DNA of 64,000 nucleotides from Phycisphaeraceae bacterium. GTDB taxonomy: Bacteria; Planctomycetota; Phycisphaerae; Phycisphaerales; Phycisphaeraceae. The notes beneath the pieces were generated by a model. It worked only from the letters and a program-made list of their open reading frames with translations. It did not search any database and was not told where the DNA came from. The position numbers and the translations under genes were made by a program. The stretch is taken from positions 160,001-224,000 of the forward strand of contig OY771506.1 in the NCBI GenBank assembly GCA_963674705.1. Direction: 5' to 3'. Within the stretch, counting starts at the first letter, position 1. Each line of letters opens with the position of its first letter. Below are positions 9,994 to 19,016 of this stretch, in pieces.

Positions 9994-10824
9994 ATGAATA
10001 GTTATGAGTTTGCCGCTGCGTTACGCAATGGTGATCGCCTTTTCGGAACGCTCATCGTCTCAAGTTCACCCGCCTGGCCCAAGGTGATGCATCGCATCGG
10101 GCTGGATTATGTGTTCATCGACACCGAGCACATCGCCATTAATCGTAACGAACTGTCATGGATGTGCCGTACCTACGCGGCCATGGGTTTGCCGCCGGTG
10201 GTGCGCGTGCCGAAACCCGATCCTTACCAGGTGACGGTCGCCCTGGATGATGGGGCGGCAGGTGTGATGGTACCCTACATAGAAACCGTCGAGCAGGTCC
10301 GCGAACTGGTGGGTGCAACCAAGTATCGACCTCTCAAGGGTCGCAAGCTACGGGATCTGCTCGGCGGACGAGAACAGCTCAACGGCCAGTTGGCTGAGTA
10401 CATCCGACGCCACAACGCTGGCCACAGCCTCATCATTAACATTGAAAGTGTGCCCGCCATGGAGAGCCTGGACCAGATTCTTAGCGTCGAAGGCGTCGAC
10501 GCCATCGTCATCGGGCCGCACGATCTTTCCACCAGTCTGGGCGTACCCGAGCAGTACGATCATCCAACCTTCATCTCGGCGGTGGACACGATCATCGACA
10601 AGGCACGAGCAGCCGGCATAAGCGCCGGAATTCACGCCACCTTCAGTCGCGGTGACAACATCGATGCGGAAGTGCGCTGGATCGAACGTGGTGCCAACCT
10701 GATCCTGCACAGCGGCGATATCATCGTCTTTGAGAACACCATGCAGCGTGAACTCACCCAGCTTCGGGCGGCCACGAAGTCGAAGGCCAAGTCAGGGGAG
10801 ACTCTGGACCGTATACATATCTAA
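9994..10824 (+). CDS. HpcH/HpaI class II pyruvate aldolase family
   Basis: DYVFIDTEH, VVRVP, LDDGAAGVMVP, NIES and IGPHDLSTSLG motifs. Confidence 0.9.
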   Translation: MNSYEFAAALRNGDRLFGTLIVSSSPAWPKVMHRIGLDYVFIDTEHIAINRNELSWMCRTYAAMGLPPVVRVPKPDPYQVTVALDDGAAGVMVPYIETVEQVRELVGATKYRPLKGRKLRDLLGGREQLNGQLAEYIRRHNAGHSLIINIESVPAMESLDQILSVEGVDAIVIGPHDLSTSLGVPEQYDHPTFISAVDTIIDKARAAGISAGIHATFSRGDNIDAEVRWIERGANLILHSGDIIVFENTMQRELTQLRAATKSKAKSGETLDRIHI

Positions 10825-11093
10825 CGTCGATCTTACAGATAACAACCGTAATACGAAGAGTGTGATTTGAACAAGCCCGCCCACACCAGAATCAGCGATT
10901 GGATGCTTTCAGAGTGACATCCAAAGAAATTTAAGGCGCGACCCAGTTACGATCGGCTTCTTATAATCCATCTATTCAGGCTAGCCCTTTTTAGCTTCCT
11001 CACATTACCCCCCCCCAAAGTTGCATTCGATATGTATCACTTCTTTGGAGTGAATCCAATACTCTGGAACTGTGAACCGGAGCCATCATCTTC

Positions 11094-12137
11094 TCAATAC
11101 ATCAGCCAGCGGTGTACCTGGTCGATATTACGGCTGTCGCTGGTCTCGTGATGATCAGCAGGGAAACTGGTCAGAGCGGACTCGTGCAGTTGCTGCGCGC
11201 CCAGTCCAAAGCGGTTGCGGAAGGCGCGGCTGAAGTGCGAGGCACTGCTGAATCCCCACCGCTCGGCGACCTCGTAAATGTAACGATCCGGTTGGGGTGC
11301 CAGGGCCAGTTCTGCAAAGCAGCGAGCCAATCGCTGGTTTCGAAGGTAAGTACGCACGCCGCCCACACTGGTGAACAATCGATGTGTTGTGGCACGCGAA
11401 CAGCCGAAAGCCTCGACAAGATCGCGCGGCCCCAGTTGTGGCTCGTCCAGCCGTTCGTCGAGGAATGCCGTCATCACCGACAGCAGCATGTCGCTGGATT
11501 CCGTGGCGGATGCCTGCCGCCACTGTCTGTCCACCAGTTTGTTAATCAGTGCGACAAAGTGGGTCGTCAGTTGCGATGCGGTTTGCGTCTGTCCTGAGAC
11601 CAACGTGGACCAGAGCGTTTGCCATGCGAAGGCAAGCGCCGCGCCCGACAGGGAATTGCGAGGCCAGTTGATGACGGGACAGCGCTCATGGATCCAGTCA
11701 CGTCGTTCGATTCGTTCACGCGGTATCAACAGGCCAAACTTTGCCGTGGGCTGGGTGACCGTGTAGTAGGGCCAGGACCAGTCCTGCAGGGTGATGCGAT
11801 CGGGGCCGACCCGTAAGGGCTGGCGATGAACCTGTCCGCGCTCGGCGCCGGAAATCGGCATATGCATGTGAAAGTAATCCTGATCGCCGCCGCGAACGTG
11901 GCGTTGCGTTCGCCGATAGGTCGAAGCCGCGAAGTTGACTCGCGTGAACATCAGGCCGTCCACGACGAACCACTCCGACTGTATCTGGTAGTCCCGCCGC
12001 GATTGCACGTGCCCGACGTCGAAGACGGGCCGGGTCATGTCGTGCCACAGACCGAACGCGCTATTCCCCACGAGCGGCTCATTGATGAGATGCTCAATTG
12101 CCACCGGAGCTGAACCAGATTTGGATTTAGTCATCAC
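11094..12137 (-). CDS. AraC-family transcriptional regulator
   Basis: C-terminal double HTH: CSRATTHRLF...YLRNQRL...IYEVAERWGFSSASHFSRAFRNRFG. Confidence 0.9.
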   Translation of the reverse strand: MMTKSKSGSAPVAIEHLINEPLVGNSAFGLWHDMTRPVFDVGHVQSRRDYQIQSEWFVVDGLMFTRVNFAASTYRRTQRHVRGGDQDYFHMHMPISGAERGQVHRQPLRVGPDRITLQDWSWPYYTVTQPTAKFGLLIPRERIERRDWIHERCPVINWPRNSLSGAALAFAWQTLWSTLVSGQTQTASQLTTHFVALINKLVDRQWRQASATESSDMLLSVMTAFLDERLDEPQLGPRDLVEAFGCSRATTHRLFTSVGGVRTYLRNQRLARCFAELALAPQPDRYIYEVAERWGFSSASHFSRAFRNRFGLGAQQLHESALTSFPADHHETSDSRNIDQVHRWLMY

Positions 12138-12418
12138 GCCTGCCCTTCATAGGCAAGGAGATTATTGCGTTTAATGATCGCGGAAGCCAGCAGAATAGCT
12201 GCCTTACAGAATTTTTGAAGCGATTAATGCCTGCTAAAACACATTTTTACATGCCTTGATGTGTTTTTGAGACGTACGGTCAATCCTGATTGCCATGCGG
12301 GTGATACCATTGCCCGCATTAAATTGGGCGGTGATAGCCGGTCTCCGGCTGACAATTCTATCTTATCGGCGAGTCCGCCTGTGTGTGCCCGTGTGCGAGC
12401 ACGGAAGCTGTTGGGCGA

Positions 12419-13048
12419 TTAAGACCAATCGGTTTTAAATAGCTGAACTTCACGTTCGATATCCGCATAACAATCAAGAGCTTCAGCGATATCCTTGTCG
12501 CCCGCCCTGAAATTGATGTCCCGTTCTCGTTCAGCCTCGACTCTGGATACAGCGCTGGCGGCGTTAATTGCGTCACCCCATGCGGCAAGAGCTGCATCAA
12601 ACTTGATTAGGACCGTTGCCATATTCGCATTGAAGGCGCTGATCCAGATATGGTTCTCGTTTGCGGTTTTGACCCACGGGTCTCGACTATCGATGTCTTT
12701 TATCCCCGACCCATTGTAAGCAGCTTTCAGGGCAATTAGTGCGTCTTTGTGCTCTTTGTAGTTTCCGCCCACTTCTCGCAGCGCCTGTAAACGCCTCGTT
12801 TCTTTTACGACAGGTTGTATCTTTTCGTAATACTGCAATACCTTGGGATCAATCTCTTTGGTTTCTGTTTTGCCAGGAACGCTGCCGCCATTTTGACTCA
12901 CATACCATGTAACGCCTGAGGCAACGATGATACCCAGCAGCAGCAAGACGATGAGCTTGACGCTCCCTTCGGCGTGGCAATGGGGCACCAAGTTGCTTTT
13001 TGATTTACATGAGGTCTTACGGACATTTGTGTGGTGAATATGGGTCAT
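12419..13048 (-). CDS. Hypothetical single-pass membrane protein
   Basis: Hydrophobic LIVLLLLGIIVASGVTWYV followed by a helical region; start uncertain (13048 or 13108). Confidence 0.55.
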   Translation of the reverse strand: MTHIHHTNVRKTSCKSKSNLVPHCHAEGSVKLIVLLLLGIIVASGVTWYVSQNGGSVPGKTETKEIDPKVLQYYEKIQPVVKETRRLQALREVGGNYKEHKDALIALKAAYNGSGIKDIDSRDPWVKTANENHIWISAFNANMATVLIKFDAALAAWGDAINAASAVSRVEAERERDINFRAGDKDIAEALDCYADIEREVQLFKTDWS

Positions 13049-13135
13049 CTGATTCCCCAGGTGGCTAAGGTTGGGCTTGGAGGGGCTGCTATCCGTCAGC
13101 ATCCTCACAAATGAAGCCCTTGACGGTTCAAATGT

Positions 13136-13147
13136 AGAGTATACTCT
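13136..13147. promoter_or_regulatory. Perfect 12-bp palindrome AGAGTATACTCT (C-box-like operator) upstream of the XRE gene
   Basis: Self-complementary with a central TATA; ends 36 nt before the XRE start; TTGACG lies at 13120-13125. Confidence 0.45.
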
Positions 13148-13183
13148 GAGGACGGAACGGGCAAGCCAGCTTAGCCTGTCTCG

Positions 13184-13399
13184 GTGGGAGGCAATGAACT
13201 ACGAAAAGCTCGACAAGCGGCAGGGTTGACCCAAGAGGAATTAGCCTTCAAGACGGGTCTGCACCGAACCTATATCAGCATGCTTGAGCGGGATAAGAAC
13301 TCTTTGACCATCCCGACCCTCTTCAAGATATGCAAGGTCATAGGCGTTCGCCCCTCGACGCTGGTGGCGAGGATTGAGAAGTCAAAGGGGAAAAAATAA
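13184..13399 (+). CDS. XRE-family HTH protein resembling restriction-modification controller (C) proteins
   Basis: LRKARQAAGLTQEELAFKTGLHRTYISMLER..N.TI.TLFKICK. Confidence 0.85.
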   Translation: MGGNELRKARQAAGLTQEELAFKTGLHRTYISMLERDKNSLTIPTLFKICKVIGVRPSTLVARIEKSKGKK

Positions 13400-13545
13400 C
13401 CTCGCGCCGGTGGGCGGGGCATGTCTGATTGGGGGTCCGGAGGATCGCAGACTCGTACACTAGCGGGAAAAGTGTCTGCGTAACTGCGCGCCGAAAATGC
13501 CAGCGTAGTGCTGGCAAGGGTTTACGGCGTTCAGGATGTGAAAAG

Positions 13546-13633
13546 CGGAGAGGGCGGGATTCGAACCCGCGGTAGGGACGAGCCCTACACTGGTTTTCGA
13601 AACCAGCTCCTTCAGCCGCTCGGACACCTCTCC
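13546..13633 (-). tRNA. tRNA-Ser (anticodon CGA), CCA not encoded
   Basis: Reverse complement GGAGAGGTGTCCGAGCGGCTGAAGGAGCTGGTTTCGAAAACCAGTGTAGGGCTCGTCCCTACCGCGGGTTCGAATCCCGCCCTCTCCG: acceptor GGAGAGG/CCTCTCC, anticodon stem CTGGT/ACCAG, long variable arm, T loop TTCGAAT. Confidence 0.97.
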
Positions 13634-13939
13634 AAAGGTCGGGCTGCGTAGGGGTCAGCCCGGCGGGTGGGACATGATAACCGGATCGGCGGGATTGTGC
13701 GACGGGATCAGAGATAGGGTTCGAGGTTCGTGGATTCATGATTTTGGCGTGAGCATCCCGGCCAAAGCCCTGCGGGCTACGACCGGGCTTTGGATGTCGG
13801 ATTGTGGGAACCGGCTGGGGGCTGGGTGAATATTATTGCTTATTGCGTGCGGAGTTGTTAGTGACAAGGGGGTCTTTACAGGTGCAGGCTTTTAATCGCG
13901 AACAGGATGGGGTATGTTGCGCATCTTCAAGGAGCGAAT

Positions 13940-14191
13940 ATGACCGAACCGACAGATACCTACCAGCCCGGCCAGCGTGTGGCCATCACCCAGCAGGTGC
14001 CCCGCCAGGCGGGGGTCTGGACCGAGCGCGTCGAGGGCGTGGTCGAACGGGCCGAGCAGAAGAAGACCGGCTCGTGGTATGCCCACAGCAAGGATGACAA
14101 GCTCTGGCTGGACCGGCTGGTTATCCGCAAGGACGACGGCGAGATCATCGTGGCGAACCTGGATGAGTTCACGCGGATCGAAGTGCTGTGA
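13940..14191 (+). CDS. Small hypothetical beta-rich protein
   Basis: AAGGAG RBS, strong GC3 codon bias, 83 aa. Confidence 0.7.
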   Translation: MTEPTDTYQPGQRVAITQQVPRQAGVWTERVEGVVERAEQKKTGSWYAHSKDDKLWLDRLVIRKDDGEIIVANLDEFTRIEVL

Positions 14192-14319
14192 GACCTGGTC
14201 CAGCGTGTGAGGGATGATGTTGGTTTTGTTGGATGATGGCACCGGCGGCTGAAGCCGCCTCCGCCAAATGTTTGTTGTGCGTTTCTTTTTCAATACCCCC
14301 CTACCAACCGGGATCTATC

Positions 14320-15321
14320 ATGGCGATTGCTGACTGGCGTTCTTTGCATCACGACCACTTCGAGAACAAGCGTGCGCTGGTCACGGGTGGAGCGGGATTC
14401 ATCGGCTCGCACCTCAGCGAAGCGCTCATTGACCTGGGTGCGACGGTGAACGTGATCGACGATTTGAGCGGCGGGGATGTTGAGAACTTTGAAACCTATA
14501 AGGATCGTGCTGGGGATCGGCTGAACTTCGTCGAAGGTTCGATCCTCGATACGGAACTGCTCGCGAAGCTGATTGATGGCTGTGATTACATCTTCCACCA
14601 GGCGGCGCTGGGGTCGGTGCCCCGGAGCATCGAGCAGCCTGTGCGGTACAACGAGGTGAACACGACGGGGACGCTGAACGTGCTGGAAGCGGCGCGGGCG
14701 GCGGGCGTGAAGCGTGTGATGTTCGCGGCGAGCAGCTCGGCGTATGGTGATTCGGAAACGCTGCCGAAGGTTGAGAACATGCCGGTCAAGGCCAAGAGCC
14801 CCTACGCGGCGAACAAGGTTGCGTGCGAAGCACTCATGCGCGCCTATGCCGACAGCTACGGGTTGGATACGGCCTGCCTGCGCTACTTCAACATCTTCGG
14901 CCCACGCCAGAACGCCAACTCGGCCTACGCGGCGGTGATCGCGGCGTTCGCCAGCGCCTTGTTGAACAATAAACAACCACTGATCTTCGGGGACGGCGAA
15001 CAGTCGCGCGACTTCACGTTCGTCGATAATGCCGTGCACGCCAACCTGCTGGCGGCCCGATGCGAGAAACGGATCGGCGGCGAGGTGATGAACGTCGCGG
15101 TCGGGACGCGCGTATCGGTCAACGAGCTGGCCGAGGCGATGGCCAAGATGATGGGCCACCCGGAATTGAAGCCGATTCATGAAGCGGAGCGTGCCGGCGA
15201 CGTGAAGCATTCGCTGGCGGATCTGAGCCTGACCAGGCAGGTTTTGGGTTATGAGCCGATCGTGCCGTTCGAGCAGGGATTGGAAGCGACCGTGCGCTGG
15301 TATGAGGCGGTGGCGGTTTGA
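14320..15321 (+). CDS. NAD-dependent nucleotide-sugar epimerase/dehydratase (WbpP-like SDR)
   Basis: VTGGAGFIGSH, HQAALGSVPRS, ASSSAYG, YAANK, LRYFNIFGPRQ and GDGEQSRDFT. Confidence 0.92.
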   Translation: MAIADWRSLHHDHFENKRALVTGGAGFIGSHLSEALIDLGATVNVIDDLSGGDVENFETYKDRAGDRLNFVEGSILDTELLAKLIDGCDYIFHQAALGSVPRSIEQPVRYNEVNTTGTLNVLEAARAAGVKRVMFAASSSAYGDSETLPKVENMPVKAKSPYAANKVACEALMRAYADSYGLDTACLRYFNIFGPRQNANSAYAAVIAAFASALLNNKQPLIFGDGEQSRDFTFVDNAVHANLLAARCEKRIGGEVMNVAVGTRVSVNELAEAMAKMMGHPELKPIHEAERAGDVKHSLADLSLTRQVLGYEPIVPFEQGLEATVRWYEAVAV

Positions 15322-15461
15322 GACGCTGACAGCCGGGGTTTGTATCTATCAAAGGTGTTCGCGCCATCCTTAGCTCCGGAGGGTGGGTTATCCACAAATT
15401 ATTCGCAATCTTCGGTTAAGGGTTTACGGGGTTTGGGTTGCTGGCCTAGAATCTGCCAGCC

Positions 15462-16004
15462 ATGTCACAAGCGCCTGTAAGCGATCAGACAGCCCGAGGC
15501 TACGAGCCACCACGTAACACACAGTTCAGTGTCTTTGTCGACAACCGCGTCGGCCGGCTGCTGGAGGTGATCGAGGTATTTCATGGCAAACCGCTGGTGC
15601 TGGCGGGTTTGAGCGTGGTGGAATCGGCGGATCATGCGGTCGTGCGGATATTGACATCGCACGGCGACCTGGCGCGGCGACTGCTGGAACGGCATCAACT
15701 GCCTTTCAGTGAGGCGAACGTCCTGGCGGTTGAACTGGGCGAAGGCAAGACGATGGCGGAGATGTGCCGGGCGCTGCTCGCGGCGGAATTGAGCATCCAC
15801 TACGCCTATCCCCTGCTGGTTCGGCCACGCGGTTTGCCGGCACTGGCGATCCATACGGACGATCCGCTGCTCTCGGCGCAGATCCTGAGGCGGAAGCTGT
15901 TCACGCTGCTGGCTGAGAACGATCTGGGGGATAACGCATCTCGGAGCACGCCGGGCAATCCGAACGATCCTCCGGGGGGTCCGGGCGGGCCATCGGAAAA
16001 CTGA
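15462..16004 (+). CDS. Tandem ACT-domain protein
   Basis: QFSVFVDNRVGRL...SVVESADHAVVRIL...VLAVEL...LSIHYAYPLL. Confidence 0.8.
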   Translation: MSQAPVSDQTARGYEPPRNTQFSVFVDNRVGRLLEVIEVFHGKPLVLAGLSVVESADHAVVRILTSHGDLARRLLERHQLPFSEANVLAVELGEGKTMAEMCRALLAAELSIHYAYPLLVRPRGLPALAIHTDDPLLSAQILRRKLFTLLAENDLGDNASRSTPGNPNDPPGGPGGPSEN

Positions 16005-16044
16005 GGTTTCCCCCTGCTTCTTCATGCAGTAACTGGCCAAGCCA

Positions 16045-16206
16045 TTAGCCGGCGTGGTTACTTTTCTTGGCGGACAGGTGTATCCCAAGGAAGACGACCA
16101 GGAAGACGATGGCGAGGAATCCGAGCATAAGTCCTGCCATTATCAGCAATTCGAACCAGCCAATACCGGTGCCGAGGAACAAGCCGAGCGTGGGCATGAT
16201 GTGCAT
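16045..16206 (-). CDS. 53-aa single-TM small protein (not in the ORF track)
   Basis: GGAGG RBS 5 nt before ATG; MHIMPTLGLFLGTGIGWFELLIMAGLMLGFLAIVFLVVFLGIHLSAKKSNHAG*. Confidence 0.6.
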   Translation of the reverse strand: MHIMPTLGLFLGTGIGWFELLIMAGLMLGFLAIVFLVVFLGIHLSAKKSNHAG

Positions 16207-16435
16207 TTCAACCTCCGGTCAGTCGCGGATCGGCTAGAGCATATTCCATACAAGTGTCGCGGCTGAGGTTCACTTTTACACGACAAGTCGCGGCGCTACA
16301 TTAAGCGTCGTCATCTCCATGCAGGCGGGGATCCACTCACAGGGCGTGAGGTCATAAATGATGCGGATTGGCTAATCCAACCTCAATCGGGTGATGGAAA
16401 TATTTGACAATGTTTTTGTGCCGGACGATTTCTAG

Positions 16436-16453
16436 TTGAAACTGTGTATCAGT
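16436..16453 (+). promoter_or_regulatory. Possible Fur-type iron box upstream of feoAB
   Basis: TGAAACTGTGTATCA (TGAnA-N5-TnTCA pseudo-palindrome) downstream of TTGACA at 16404-16409. Confidence 0.4.
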
Positions 16454-16505
16454 ATAGGTAGCATTGTGCACACAAACCCCCCGTTAATCTGTTTAGAGCC
16501 AGCAC

Positions 16506-16865
16506 ATGATTTCGTTCGGTATACCTGCCCAAAAAGTACGTTCATCTGAAGCGAATGAGGGGCAGGCTTCAGGGGAAAGCTGTCGCGTGAGCCTGGATCA
16601 GCTCAAGAAGGGCCAGTGCGGGGTGGTCTGGGACCTGAGCGTTTCCGAAAATGACGATAAACGATTGCGTGCACTGGGTATATGCCCCGGTCGACGTGTC
16701 TGGTTGATCCGTCAGGGCAACCCGATGGTGGTCCGCGTGATGGGGACCCGGCTGGGATTGGCCCGTGAGCTTGCGAGGATGGTGCAGGTGGATGTCTGCG
16801 CTCCGCCCTGCTCGATCGCCACGGACCTGACGTCTGCGGAGTTGGACGGGAGGGCCGGCGTATGA
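16506..16865 (+). CDS. feoA: Ferrous iron transport protein A
   Basis: SLDQLKKGQ..RLRALGICPG..GNPMVVRVMGTRLGL; ATGA-coupled to feoB. Confidence 0.9.
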   Translation: MISFGIPAQKVRSSEANEGQASGESCRVSLDQLKKGQCGVVWDLSVSENDDKRLRALGICPGRRVWLIRQGNPMVVRVMGTRLGLARELARMVQVDVCAPPCSIATDLTSAELDGRAGV

Positions 16866-18895
16866 CGGCGACCGTCTCGCTGGATGTCCTGAAGACTCCC
16901 CAACCGCCGGTCAATGGGGCGGCCAACGTCGCACTGGTCGGCAACCCGAACTGCGGTAAAACCACGCTGTTCAACATGCTCACCGGCATGCGTGCCCGGA
17001 CCGCCAACATTGCGGGGACGACGGTCGAGACACGTCAGGGAAAAACGATCATCGACGGCCGGTCGATCACGCTGATCGATCTGCCCGGGATGTACAGCCT
17101 TTCAGACCCTTCGCCCGAACAGATGATCGCACGCCGAGCCTTGTTGGGGGAGGCGGAGGGTTTGAATGGCGCTTCTAATAAGAAACCGGACGCGGTGGTG
17201 CTGCTTCTGGACGCGACGAATATCCAGCGGAACCTGCTGCTGGCCGGGCAGGTGATCGAGCTGGGCCAGCCGACGGTCGTGGCGCTGAACATGTGCGACC
17301 TGGCGGACCGCGCGGGAATCACGATCGATACGAAGTCGTTGAGCGCAGAGCTTGGCTGCACGGTCGTGCCGATCTGTGCGCGGTCGGGTAATGGTTTGCC
17401 GCAGCTGCGTGAAGCGTTGAGCGCCAGGTTGGCTTCGCAGGAACCGCACGTTCTGCCGCAACAGCTCAGCGCCTGTTCGACATGCGGCGGTTGTCCGATC
17501 CGAGCACGCTTCGACTGGGCGGAGGGCGTGGAACAGCGATGTGCCCGCAAGCCGATGGGCGAGCATGATCCGATCACGGAGAAGGTGGACAGCGTGTTCA
17601 CGCACCCGGTGCTTGGATTACTTTCGTTCGTGGCGATCATGTTCACGATGTTCGCGATGATCTTCTGGGTCGCGGATTATCCGATGGGCTGGATCGAGTC
17701 GGGCTTTGAAGCGCTGGGCGGCTGGGTCGGTGATGCGCTGCCAGCGGGTGACTTCAACAGTCTTGTAGTAGATGGTGTGATCGGCGGGGTCGGTGGCGTG
17801 GTGGTGTTCCTGCCGCAGATCTGCCTGCTGTTTCTGTTGCTGTCGCTATTGGAAGATACGGGGTATCTGGCGCGTGCGGCGGTGGTATCGGACCGGTTGA
17901 TGCGGCGCGTGGGTTTGCCCGGCACGTCGTTTGTGCCGCTGTTGTCTGCCCATGCATGTGCGATCCCTGCGATCATGTCCAGCCGAATCATCGAGAACCG
18001 CCGCGACCGGTTGGTGACGATCATGGTGGCGCCGCTGCTGACGTGTTCAGCACGTTTGCCGGTGTATGCGATGGTGACGGCGCTACTCGTGCCGAACCAG
18101 CCGATGAAAGCGGCGATGATTTTTGTCGGTGCGTACAGCCTGGGGATCGCGGCGGCGTTGTTCGTGGCGCTATTGCTGAACCGTTCGGTATTGAAGGGTA
18201 AAGCGCAGCCGCTGGTGATCGAGCTGCCGAGTTATAAAGCGCCAAACCTACGTAACGCTTTTATCACGATGGTCGATCGCGGCCAGGCGTTTTTGATCAA
18301 AGCCGGGACGGTGATCCTGCTGATCTCGATCGTGCTGTGGGCGACGATGACGTATCCGAAGTCCACCCCCCCTGCCGAGGCGGTTGCGATGCAGCAGCAG
18401 GCGGAGGTATTGGCAGCCCAGGGACAGGTTGCAGAAGCTGAGGCGCTGACGCACGAAGCGGAGAACCTGATCTCGTCGAACAACCTGTCGAACAGCATCG
18501 CTGGTCGGTTGGGCCAGGCGATCGAGCCGGCGATCAAGCCCTTGGGTTACGACTGGCGCATCGGCGTCGGGATCGTCAGCAGCTTCGCGGCCCGTGAGGT
18601 CGTGGTCTCAACCCTGTCGATCATCCACAGCGTCGGCGAGGAAGATGAAGCGATGCTGTACGACTCGATGCGTGGCGCCAAGCTCGCGGACGGAACGCCG
18701 ATGTACTCGACCGCGACGTGTCTGAGTCTGCTGGTGTTCTTCGTGCTGGCGATGCAGTGCCTGCCGACGAGTATCGTCGCGGCGAAGGAGGCGGGTAGCT
18801 GGAAGTGGGCGGCGCTTCAGTTCACGTACATGACGGTGCTGGCGTACGGGGCGGCCCTGGTGACGTTTGTCACGACAAATGCGATGGTTGGGTGA
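16862..18895 (+). CDS. feoB: Ferrous iron transport protein B
   Basis: GNPNCGKTT, GTTVE, DLPGMYSL, LNMCD, gate domains (LEDTGYLAR, CSARLPVY) and AAREVVVSTL. Confidence 0.97.
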   Translation: MTATVSLDVLKTPQPPVNGAANVALVGNPNCGKTTLFNMLTGMRARTANIAGTTVETRQGKTIIDGRSITLIDLPGMYSLSDPSPEQMIARRALLGEAEGLNGASNKKPDAVVLLLDATNIQRNLLLAGQVIELGQPTVVALNMCDLADRAGITIDTKSLSAELGCTVVPICARSGNGLPQLREALSARLASQEPHVLPQQLSACSTCGGCPIRARFDWAEGVEQRCARKPMGEHDPITEKVDSVFTHPVLGLLSFVAIMFTMFAMIFWVADYPMGWIESGFEALGGWVGDALPAGDFNSLVVDGVIGGVGGVVVFLPQICLLFLLLSLLEDTGYLARAAVVSDRLMRRVGLPGTSFVPLLSAHACAIPAIMSSRIIENRRDRLVTIMVAPLLTCSARLPVYAMVTALLVPNQPMKAAMIFVGAYSLGIAAALFVALLLNRSVLKGKAQPLVIELPSYKAPNLRNAFITMVDRGQAFLIKAGTVILLISIVLWATMTYPKSTPPAEAVAMQQQAEVLAAQGQVAEAEALTHEAENLISSNNLSNSIAGRLGQAIEPAIKPLGYDWRIGVGIVSSFAAREVVVSTLSIIHSVGEEDEAMLYDSMRGAKLADGTPMYSTATCLSLLVFFVLAMQCLPTSIVAAKEAGSWKWAALQFTYMTVLAYGAALVTFVTTNAMVG

Positions 18896-19016
18896 AGCCC
18901 GCAAGATCGCTAATTTCTAATTTTTAATTGCTAATGTGATTGGATTCGTTGTGCGCGCTAAGCCGCGAGCGGCTTGGGGTGGTGCAATGGCGGGGGCAAA
19001 GTTTTACAATGCGGGG

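Larger units (their letters stand above)
3449..13566. mobile_element. tRNA-Ser-integrated genomic island, probably degenerate (no integrase seen)
   Basis: Flanked by the 25-bp direct repeat of the tRNA 3' end; accessory carbohydrate and regulator cargo; AT-rich intergenic regions. Confidence 0.7.

Noticed and set aside
14237..14266. Isolated REP-like palindromes (also ~13765-13790, ~16307-16337 and ~36645-36670)
   Set aside because: Single dissimilar copies in this window; family membership cannot be shown without the rest of the genome.
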